Shown one piece after another: positions 53,002-64,000 of a DNA stretch of 64,000 bases. Source of the stretch: Eledone cirrhosa (taxonomy: Eukaryota); contig OZ024740.1 in NCBI GenBank assembly GCA_964016885.1, positions 369,272,001 to 369,336,000 on the forward strand, given 5' to 3'. Position numbers and translations under genes: made by a program. The notes beneath the pieces are model-generated. The model did not search any database, was not told where the DNA came from, and saw nothing but the letters and a program-made list of their open reading frames with translations. The first letter of the stretch is position 1. The number at the start of each line of letters is the position of its first letter.

Positions 53002-53088
<87 letters not shown>

Positions 53089-54439
53089 CACTCACACACA
53101 CCCATATATAAATATATATATAGAGAGAGAGAGAAAGAGAGACACAGAGAGAGAAAATGTGTAACGGAGCGGGTGCTGTAAAGCAACTAGTAGATTTTGA
53201 TGTTGAATCTTTTCGTAACACCCATGGACACAAAGATATATAATCGGTAGATGTTTTACAATATAATGTGAAATACCTACTGTTCTTCGTACTTGTTTAA
53301 TGATCAGTCCTTCTTTCAGTCTGAAAGTTTTACATTGGAACTAAGAGTGCCAAATGTTTCTGGGAAATCACACAAGGTCATATAGGTGATCCTTTAAGAC
53401 GAGTTTGTGATAAAATGTAATTCAATTGTATATATCCAGTTTGAAGACAGTATATACTTTTTTGTCTGATATTTTTTAACAGTTGTCAGATATTGTTAAG
53501 AAAGTGGATAGCTTATCTCTAAATTCTTCCCACACTCGACTAATTATGTTTTTGCGAAATGATTTCACTTGCTATAGATTTGGGATGTACTCTCTATATA
53601 TTATTTCCTTTTGTACCCCCCCCCCCCCCTTCGTACTAATTCATCTGCTTTCTAATTTCCTCTAATATCTGTATGGCTGGGTATCTAAATCAATGTTATT
53701 TGTGTGTCATTCCCTGATAGGTAGTTATCTATTCTTAGCAGAACACGTTCAGTATCTCTAACCTGGTTCTTTTTCTGGATTGAAACAGTTATATGTTTCA
53801 TAGGTAAATATGATAAAAGGTTTATTTTCCATGTCTTTTCTTGTTGAAAAACGAAAATGAATGATTCAACCTGCCAGGAAAGAGCAAAGTAGGTTGGATG
53901 AAGTGAGGAGGCATGTACTCCAACGTGCAGGGATGTGTGCTGAGGCGGAGAGGCCGGTCTATCGTTGTTAGTGTTATGGAATGTATGTGTGTTTCTGTTT
54001 TGTTTAGTTATTTATTGGATCTTCAAAGTCAGAGCTATAATATGTATAGTAAACTGGAAAAATATATAATCCGGTCGATAAGATCGACTAACATCCCCCA
54101 GGAAACGGGTCCCAGCATAGCTACCCTCTCAAAAACATATACGAAATATAGAAATACACGCTGGCTCACACACGCAAAGACATATAATTAGATATACACA
54201 CACATAAATACATACACACACACACACATAAACATGCATGTGTGCATGCATACATTCTTTACATTCATACATGCATACATATAAATATACATATATAAAT
54301 ACATGCATTCATACATACATACATTTATATGCATAAAATCATATGGATCTCTAGTGACAATACGACAAAGAGCTAGATAGGTCACTTAGCGATTGGGTCT
54401 GAATGGAGAATACACTGTTTGCAAGATAATTGAGTATAT

Positions 54440-54700
54440 CGAGTTGCCGATGTCAACAGCGACCACTACCAAGTAATCGTCAACATTAAGATCAAACTGG
54501 CTCTATATCTAAGAAAGCAGAACAATGATGAGGACTGCTCTGTGTTAGAAAAATGTGCTGAAAAAGAAAAGAAAGTAAAGTGCTCTAACAGCATACGCAA
54601 GCGTCCGCTTGGCTGGATGTGAAACGTCACACGACTCCCAATTGACAGATATGAAAGGTAGCTAGCAGCAGGAATTCGAGAGAGGCATGAAACCCGTCAA
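54440..54700 (+). mobile_element. Degenerate LINE fragment (end of APE domain, RTE-like)
   Basis: VADVNSDHYQVIVNIKIKLA from 54443. Confidence 0.55.
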
Positions 54701-55505
54701 TAAGCGTTGGAACGATGTATTGACACATGCAATAGACCATGGTCATTGGGGCTGTTTAGCTGCATGATTTGTCTCAATAGATTGAAACTTCTAAGTCTGA
54801 GTAAATAATGTATATGTTAAAAATGTTCAAAGTCAATGTATTGATCGGTATTTTATTGTCTTGTTCTTTAGTATAACAAAGGCAGAAAATTCACCAACAA
54901 CATCCTTAAAAAAAGAAGCAGAAAAAACTTCTCTTTTTAAGACAAATGGATGCTCAGATCGAAGGAAAGAGTAAATCTGATGGATGCTTGGTAGAAAAAA
55001 AAGTTGATAAATCTAAGTCATTGTGATAAAACGGAATTTTGTGAAGCTTACGCAGGTTATTTATATGTCGATTATTCATTTAAATTTCGATTTGCATCTC
55101 GTAACGTCTGTAAAGCATCGCACAATTCCCATTTATCAAAGTTTTTCGTAGATTAAATACAATTCATTGAAAATTAACACTCATAATCTGCAGAAAAAAA
55201 TAAGAGCGTCTATTCAGAGATTCAATAATGTATATTTAAATGGTTGGATATCACTTCTTACAATACAATTAGAATTATATCATATCTTCTCCTTCTGAAT
55301 TAGGACATCAGAGAAATGCAGCTTGAGGCTACTGAGTATAAGGAACGACGCCACATTTAAGAGAGGTGTGTAAGGAAAACAATCAATTATTTTATTTAAA
55401 TATAGATTTCATGGGGAAATATATTTACATAAATACGCGCACACAGACACGCATGGACACACACACACAAGGAGACACACATGCATACACCGACACACAC
55501 ACACG

Positions 55506-55589
<84 letters not shown>

Positions 55590-55649
55590 GTTTCAGGGCT
55601 AACGAAAGGTACGTACCTGGTATGGCGCCGTTGCAGTAAGGGGCCTTAA

Positions 55650-55690
<41 letters not shown>

Positions 55691-55697
55691 GAACACA

Positions 55698-56354
<657 letters not shown>

Positions 56355-56501
56355 ATATCACAACTCGTGTGTCACAGCTATATTTTTGTTAAATATATAT
56401 ATATATATACATACATATAATAAATGATATCTCGTTAACTTATATATATATATCACAGAAAAAAAGAGAATCAGTGTTGCGACAAATGGAATTTATTGGA
56501 T

Positions 56502-56591
56502 ATATTACAATTGTTTTTCTGGCGACCAGCTCGTGGCACGATCGATGTGATGATCGAACGTGACTCTGAAAATCGCAAGGTCCTCAGATAC
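56502..56591 (-). ncRNA. Degenerate hammerhead motif with long stem II
   Basis: Minus strand gtat-CTGAGGA-[..gcgat..cacg.tcgat..atcga.cgtg..gtcgc..]-gaaaaa-CAATTG-TA-atat, then aataaa. Confidence 0.45.
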
Positions 56592-57301
56592 GTCTTGATT
56601 CTACGAAGCAGATTTGTGTGTGTGTGTGTGTGTATGTATGTGTCTGTGTGTTTGTGTGTGTGCATGTACATGCCGGTAAGATTCAGCAAAAAAAAAATAG
56701 CATGACGTAAATGGAGATCGAGACCAGGTATGAAGACGAGGTTAATTACATTTGAGCCCCCAAAAGATCCAAAATCGATATGTAGTGTCGACTTACATTA
56801 CTCATTCAAAACAGAGATTGCTTGGATCTCATTATACACAGTTATGGATTCCCCCTACTGCGATACTTGACATAATTAGACTTGTAAACCTTTTCATATA
56901 CAAAGCTACCTACTGTTTTCGGATACGTTGACAGAAGTGTCAGCAAAAAGACGATGAAGAAGACGAAGATAATGAAGAAGAAACAGAATAATAATAATAC
57001 TGATTTCTTTATTCACCACAAGGGCTGACATCAAGAAAAACATTACAGGTGGCACAGGATGGTACAGGACGGTACGATGTGAGTTTTGTGCGTGTACAGA
57101 TTTTTATTATTTATATGAAAAGAGAAAAAAAAGACATAGAAACATATATATATATAAACAATAAAAATGAAAATTGAAACAATGAAAATTCCCCAATAGG
57201 GGGTAAACCTCCGAGGGTTACTCGTGGCGAAAACTACACAAAAGACACGGCCACCCTGACCACCAGGGCAAGCGCCCTCTCTCAATTTCACATTTCTCAA
57301 A

Positions 57302-60300
57302 CTACAGGCGTATATTCACTCGGAGCATTCTCGCTACATTCACCCACCTTTCAACAAACTTGCTAGAAGGCAGCACTTGCCTCTCCACCCTGATTTTCCT
57401 CTTCAAGTGAAACTTGAAAACGTTAATTAGCGATTCGCCGAAGAGGAAAGTATCTGTCTTTAACCATTTCAACCTTATCCACCACACAATCTCTTTCGAC
57501 ATGGCCATCAGGCAGATGAAAACCGCCTGCCCTTCCTCCTCGGAGGAAAACCGCGAGACCATCTGCACAATGGACTCAGTCGATAACCGGATCAGTTCTA
57601 CACGCGACAGCAACTATTCGACATAGCTCCACAAGTCAGCAATGCTCGGGCACTGAACAAGTGCGTGCTCGACGGTTTCGTCGCTCTGCGCGCATCTCGG
57701 ACAGGCTTGGCTGACGGCAATTTCGTGCCTGTAGAGCTTATCTCGAACCGGCAACGCTCCCCGGTAGCACTGCCAGGCCAGGGATTTTTGGAAGTTATCC
57801 ATAGGCCCTGGGCTGAAAGTTCACCGGAAGAGAGCAGACAGCTGATCTTCTTCGCGGCCCATGATCTCGGAGTGATCCTGGGTGTCGCTTTTCCCCTCCA
57901 CTAGTCCTCAAGAGAATGCCGAGGTGGATGTTCCACCGATACTGATGCCCAGCTCTCAGAGGGAAGTGAGCGTCTGGAGACATTCCAGTTTCCAAGCGCT
58001 ATCCATCGGTCTTTTCCTGAGCCAGGACTGCAGGTCCCTCAAGGAGACGAGCTGTGGGAAAACGTGCCTGGCGAATGGCGACCACACCTGTTCACCGTCA
58101 AGGAAGCACCAGAGATGTCGCAGCCTCAGCAAATGTTTGCGCATCATCAGCCATGGCATGCCCATTCCTCCACGCAACGAGTGTTGACAGCAAATGGATC
58201 GTCTGATCTTGGGAACGCGTCCCTTCCACAAAAGGAGGAAGAGGAGGCGCTCCATTTTGGTGAGAGTTGGGCCGGGGCAAGGGACGACGTTGAGGTGGAA
58301 GCATACGACGGATGCGATGTACGCAATCGCCACCTCCGATCGACCTTTCAGGGACAGCTTCCTCACGGCACATTTCTGGGTGAGGGAGGCCACCTTGCTC
58401 GTCACCTCGTTCCAGTTTTTCTCCATCTGGATGTGCGGTCCGAACCAGACCCCGAGTAATTTAACCGGTACGTCCGTCCTACTGCACACGACGCTGTCGG
58501 GCGACCGCATGGACTTGCCTCTCCAGGTGCATAGCTGCAAGCCCACCGACTTTTCCTGGTTTATCTTTGTTCCTGCACGGCTTCGTATTCCTTGAGAGCG
58601 GTGCCGAGCATCTGGACGTGTTTGGTGCTCGGCACCACGACGGTGATGTCGTTGGCGTAAGCCGACTCGGATTTCCCGCAACCTAGTTCACGTGGGGCGC
58701 CTCTCATTTCCCCCAGTTTGTGCAGTAACGGCTCGAGAGCCAACACGTACAAGAGGGACTAGAGGGGACAACCCTGGGGGACCGAGCGTATGATGCTGAA
58801 GGGTTGTTACAGGTGACCGTTCACCCTCACAACTGAGCAGATGTCGCTGTACATAGCAGCGATCCAACCCCTGAAAACGGGCCCAAAACCGGCTGCCTCG
58901 AGGACCGCCGCCAGGTACCGATGGTCGACCCTATCGAATGCTTTGGATTGATCCAAGTTGATCAGGGCCCCACCCTTACCAGGTTCCTTAACCACCCTCT
59001 CTATGATGTATCGCATGAGGTGGAGGTCGTCGTATATGGATCTGTGCGGAATGACGCATGTCTGCGCCTCTCCCACCAGAGATTTGACGACAAGGCCAAC
59101 CTCATTGCTAACACCTTGGCTAAAATCTTGAACTCTGCGTTTAGCAGAGTTATGGGCCTGAAATTATCGATAACATCCCCCTTGTTCGGGTCTTTTCTCA
59201 GCAGCGCTACCGCTCTCCGGCTCACAAAACTGGGAATGCTCCCGTTCTGCTGCCAGTTGCAGTAGACGTCTGCAAAGAGGTCACCGAACAAGTCTGGCAT
59301 AAATGCATAAAGCTCGTAGGGCAGATCATCCAAACCTGGCGATTTACCCCTCGTGCAGTTAGCCATCGCTTCCCGCATTTCACCGGCTGTTATTGGCTTT
59401 TCGCAACACTGCGCTGCGGTCATCGAGAGCCGAGGCAGTCCGTCGAGGTATGCAATGAAGTCCATGCCCCGATCCGGGCCGCCGCTGCTCCCGAACACTT
59501 CAGCAAAGTGCTGCTGAAAAGCTTCACACATCTGCTCGGGTTCGAGCAACACGCGCCCGTTTTGGTCAGACAAAGACCGAATTGTGGCTTTGTTGCAACG
59601 TCGAGCCTCTGCCACCCGGGCCCATTAGACGGCTTTTGTCCCCTCGTGTTTCAGAGCACACGCTCTAGCTCTGACAACGCAGCCTTCGTGTTTTACTAAT
59701 CCGGTCTCTGTAGGCTTTGCGCGCCGGGAAAGAAGCGTTCAGCTTCCAGTAACCGGGTCCTTGTCTATAAAGCCTGTCAATGTCGATCTCACAGATCACA
59801 AATTTATGGTATGTGTAGTCGACTATTTTAAATTGTTGACAACTTATACTAGCCTTATCTAGTTCTCTGCAGAATACCCTATCGAGATTCGATCTGTATG
59901 ACCCGATGCAGTTTGTCCATGTTCACATTGGCACATTCGGGTGATCCAGTCGATACCTGTCAGACAGTTCAAAACGTTTGAGCAGGTTGGTGAGACTCTT
60001 GCACCCTGTCCCCTATCCACAAGCCCCACACAATCCCAGCATGCCTCCAAGATACCGTTCCAGTCGCCCACTAACACTAACGAGCGGGACGTTCCAAGAA
60101 AGTTATCTAGACGTCTGAAGAAATCTGGCCGTCCTGCCCCTGTTGAGACGTAGACAGCTACTAGCCTGAAAACATTGCCTTCGCTGCCGGTCACGTCCAG
60201 CACCACCGACTTACCATCTGGGTCTAGGAAGATGGCCCGTATGGCGAGATCCAAGCCTCTCCGAAAAAGGACGGCAACCGCTCCCACCCCCGGTCCTGGG

Positions 60301-60489
60301 CGGCTGGGAGATGCGTATACATCGTAGCCGCCGAAGATCGGTGCGAAGGCTTGTGTTTCGGAGATTCTGTTCTCACATGATGGCCACCACATCTATGTTT
60401 AGTGACCTGAGGTCATTGAGCAGGTGACCCTGCTTCCAAGATGACCCCAGGCCACGTGCATTTATACTGCCTATTCTGAGTACGGCCAT
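57302..60489 (-). pseudogene. Tx1 ORF2 (APE-RT-zinc motif), frameshifted, deletion near 59695
   Basis: MAVLRIGSINARGL start; GDWNG; GKSPGLDD; FRPITLLNAEFK; LDQSKAFDRVDH; CPRCAQSDETVEHALVQC. Confidence 0.9.
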
Positions 60490-60530
60490 GTTGGATAAGA
60501 AATGCGGCAAGTGAGAAAGGGTTACTTAAC

Positions 60531-62568
60531 TTAATCGTGAGGTGAAGGGACAGTAGAACCGTCCCTTTGGCTGGTCATGGGTTTTTCAAAGAGGATGTCA
60601 GTGTATATCCTCTTGGTAACCGACCCACTGAAGTCACCAACTGCGTTGGGGAATTTTTGTTTTAAAGGTGTGTACCGTTCTATTGAGATTTCAATTATGC
60701 TTATGTTTGTCGGGAGAGTTCTTGGTGTTGGTGGGGTGTAGTAGTTTTTTTCTGTGATGTCTGTGTGCTGCTTTATATATTGTATGACTTCTTTTTTTGC
60801 CATGTTTATGGATGTGTACTGTTTGGGGGAGGGGTGATTTTGTTGCTATTTTCTTCTTGTTGCTGTTTGGTGTGTGTGTTTTGTTTTGTTCGCGTTGTTG
60901 GTGTCTTTGGTGATGCTGGTGGTGGTGTGGTTGTTGTTTGCGGTGGTGCTTGTGGTGGTGATGTTGATGGTGGTGGTGTTGCTGAAAGTTTCCTTGCTCC
61001 CTTTACCCCTCTTTGGATGCCTTCGTTTTGGAGGGTGAATCTAAGGGTTTTATTTGTTTTTTGTTTTTGTGGCAGACTGTTTGCCACTTCCCTCCCGCCT
61101 CAAACTCCATGTCGGATTCCGTGGCATCTGGGCGAGGTTTATGCTTCACGGCTGTTAATGGTGGTAGTGGAGCCCTCTTCGGCAATTTTGTTGCTGGTGT
61201 AGCTACTTCAAATTTAGCTATTGGTGTTGCCGCCACTGATACTGCTGCTTTAGTTGTCCCTGGCCTTGGTACGGGTGACACGGACGTTGCCCTCCTACTC
61301 ACCGTGGAAGGGGATTCTGCGTGCGTTTCCTGCCCTGCTCCTGGTAGCAGAGGACCAGGTATTGGAAGGACAGGAGCCTTCTTCTTCGCTGTCTTCTGCG
61401 GGCAAAAGGCCCTGAGGTGACCCTTCGACCCACAGAGATAACATTTTGGCCGTCTTCCTTCTACGCTTATAGGGAGTTGGAGTCCTTCCTCGATGTCTAT
61501 TATATCGGGGATAGCGTCGATACATTCCTCGTCAGTTTGTATAAGCATTTGCATGCCTATAGCTGACCAGTCCACTCTCTCCCTATGTTCTCTACTTGCA
61601 GCATGGTCGTCCTGTCCTCGATTCCAGCAGGGACAGGCGTAGCCAGCCAAGTTATGGGCAGGTGGGGTGGGATCTGGGTCACTTTGACCACACAATTTTC
61701 TGCCCGTAGTAGGAGGGCACCAAGACTATCTCCTCACTATTTAGGGTTTCAAAAGAGTGAGACTTTGCTTCCTGGCGGGTGGCGAAAATTACGTCTACTG
61801 TGGCGTACTTTCTGCCCCGGGTGATGTAGATTTGAGCGTCTCTGGCTCTCTCCACCCGATGTGAGATTTGGCTTACGGTGCGGTAAGTCACCGTAGCTGC
61901 TGGTCCTTGAAAAAATCGGGTGGAGGTTTCAGGGCCACACTATTGGCGCTTCTTGTCACCATGGCACTTGCGACTGCCATCTCCTCCTCTGTGACTAATA
62001 TTGTCTCGATATTTCGGGCGACACCTGCAAAAGAAGTGGTCCCTTTTTCAGCAGAATCACTCTTGCTGCCGCTACTGGTCTTACAGGTGGTGCTGAGATC
62101 GCTGTTACAGGTATCGATGTCATTGTTGATGTTTTCGTTGGTACAGTTGTTGATATTGTTGTTTTCGTTAATACTGTTGCTGTTGTTACTGTTATTGTGG
62201 CTGTTGTTATTATTGTTGTTTTTGTTGATACTGTTCCTACTATTGGTGTTCTTGTGGCTGTTGTTATTGTCATTGTTATTGTCGTTCTCGACCTTACCGA
62301 TGTTATTTTTGTTATTGTCGTTCTCGATTTTACCACTGTTATTGTTGCTGTTGCTGTTGTTATTGATGGTGTTGTTGTTGGTGTTATTGTTGGTGTTGTG
62401 TGTGTTAGAAATATTTGGTAATTTTAAATCTGTAACAATCCTCTTTTCCTTTGTAATATTTTCGTTTATATTTACCTCCGCTGGAACGCTGTCTTCTTGA
62501 CATGCTGATAAAGTCGCCCTCTCTCTGTGTTGACTGACTGCGCTCTCTCTCTTTCTTGTGTTATACAT
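60531..62568 (-). pseudogene. Tx1 ORF1 (gag-like; Asn-rich N-terminus, CCHC knuckle, Pro/Thr linker, conserved C-terminal segment), frameshifted
   Basis: ORF pieces 61888-62568, 61679-61891, 61003-61695 (VEGRRPKCYLCGSKGHLRAFCP), 60806-61087, 60531-60803. Confidence 0.8.
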
Positions 62569-62784
62569 GTTGAATTATTTTTCAAAAAATATTTTTACAC
62601 AATTACGAATACGACACCCCGTAAAGGGGTACCGTATTATTTACGAGTGAACCCTTGTATTAGGTGGTCACTTCTTCTAAACTTTTATCAAATTTAAAAC
62701 TGGAATAACAGGTCTAGAACGATTGAAAACGAGGTAAAACTTTGAAAAAAACTGGAGGCGATAAGGAGCGTGGCTATCACCAAC

Positions 62785-62785
62785 A

Positions 62786-62839
<54 letters not shown>

Positions 62840-64000
62840 TTTTCTTTAATAACCACAAGGGTTTACATAAAGTAGACATTAAGGACAGTACAGGACAATA
62901 CAGGACGGTAAAAATGGGCATTTCTGCGTGTAAAAAAAACAGAGGATGAAATAAAATAACAAAGAAAAATTCCCCAATAGGGGGGAGACTTCCGAGGGAC
63001 ATTTGTGGAGAAAGCCCATTAAAAGACCACAGTGGCCCTGACCACCCGGGAAAGTGCCCTCTCCCAGTTTTCCACCTTTAATTTACAGACACATACTCAG
63101 AGAAGGCCCATTCATTCGGGCCATACTTGCTTCTCTCACCCATCTTTCAACAAAATGCTGGGAAGAGAGCACTTCCCTCTCTACCCTGATTTTCCTTTTC
63201 AGATGAAATTTGAAAAGGTTAATCAGGGCATCACCGAAGAGGTAAGTGCTCGTATTCAGCCCTTTCAAACGTGTCCACCATACTATCTCTTTCGCCATGG
63301 CAACCAGACAGATAAAAATTGCCTGCCCTTCCCGGCTAAAGGAAGAGGGCGGGGAAATCCTCACGATGGACTCAGCTGATAGCTGGATCCGTCCTACACG
63401 TGACAGCAGGTGTACGACATAAACCCACAAGTCAGCAATGCTCGGACACTGGACGAGTGCGTGCAGGACGGTTTCGTCGTACTGTGCACATCTCGGACAT
63501 GCCCGGCTGGCGGCACCTCCATGCCTGTAAAGTTTATCCCGAACTGGCAAAGCACCCCGGTAGCACTGCCAGGCCAGGGATTTCTGGAAGTTGTCCATAG
63601 GCCCCGGCCCGAAAGTCCTTCCGAAGAGATTGGCTAGTTGATTTTCGTCGACGCCTAGAGTTTCTCCAAGTACGTCGTCGCTCTTCCCCTCCACTAATCG
63701 CCTATAGAACGCCAAGGTGGAGTTTCCACCGATCACATTGCCCGATTGGTCGAGGGCTGTGAGCGCCTGAAGACATTCCAGTCTCCAAGCGCTCCCTCTC
63801 GGTCTTCTCTTGACCCAGGACTGCAGCTCCGTCAAGGAGACGAGCTGGGGAAAAACGTGTTTAGCAAACGGCGACCACACCTGATCACCGTCGAGGAAGA
63901 GGTGGAGATGTCGTAGCCTCAGCGCGTGTCTGCGCATCATCAGCCACGGCATGCCCAGCCCTCTACGTAGCTGGGGTTGACAGCAGATGGACCGCCTGAC
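62785..64000 (-). mobile_element. 3' part of another Tx1 copy (same subfamily as 7076-11050), runs off the window edge
   Basis: 3' UTR near-identical to 10783-11050; (TAT)n tail at 62785-62838. Confidence 0.92.
63083..64000 (-). CDS. Tx1 ORF2 C-terminus (open frame, partial)
   Basis: Uninterrupted 289-aa track ORF with LAWQCYRGALPVRDKL..CPRCAQYDETVLHALVQC. Confidence 0.75.
   Translation of the reverse strand, partial: VRRSICCQPQLRRGLGMPWLMMRRHALRLRHLHLFLDGDQVWSPFAKHVFPQLVSLTELQSWVKRRPRGSAWRLECLQALTALDQSGNVIGGNSTLAFYRRLVEGKSDDVLGETLGVDENQLANLFGRTFGPGPMDNFQKSLAWQCYRGALPVRDKLYRHGGAASRACPRCAQYDETVLHALVQCPSIADLWVYVVHLLSRVGRIQLSAESIVRISPPSSFSREGQAIFICLVAMAKEIVWWTRLKGLNTSTYLFGDALINLFKFHLKRKIRVEREVLSSQHFVERWVREASMARMNGPSLSMCL

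Larger units (their letters stand above)
56987..62783 (-). mobile_element. Full-length Tx1/L1-clade element (second subfamily)
   Basis: 5' UTR after (TAT)n, ORF1 with zinc knuckle, ORF2 APE-RT-zinc motif, aataaa and (TAT)n tail. Confidence 0.92.

Noticed and set aside
61868-62500. Leu-rich membrane-like ORF on the plus strand
   Set aside because: Antisense reading of the AAC/AAT-rich Tx1 ORF1 N-terminus.

Overview
AT-rich eukaryotic intergenic or intronic DNA with no recognisable host gene, rRNA, tRNA gene or CRISPR array. The SINE type and microsatellite load suggest a mollusc, most likely Octopus (inference). The window is almost entirely retroelement debris inserted in microsatellites. 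(1) Three families of R4/Dong-like non-LTR elements (RT + CCHC + restriction-like endonuclease): family A sits in (CATA)n, families B and C in (TAA)n. (2) Four Tx1/L1-clade copies end in and sit within (TTA)n, one full length at 56987-62783. (3) A Penelope-like element (RT + GIY-YIG) carries inverted pseudo-LTRs. (4) RTE, CR1 and SINE fragments. The most striking unannotated signal is in the (TA)n tracts: about ten minimal type I hammerhead-ribozyme motifs in at least seven unrelated non-coding inserts, several with compensatory base changes or variant cores (U3-A8; CAGUUGA). These include a 424-434-nt permuted, retrozyme-like unit present twice. About ten fold-back palindromes formed from unrelated element classes are also present, one of which copied host flank. 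All structures were read by eye; boundaries are approximate to about 10-20 bp unless motifs are quoted.
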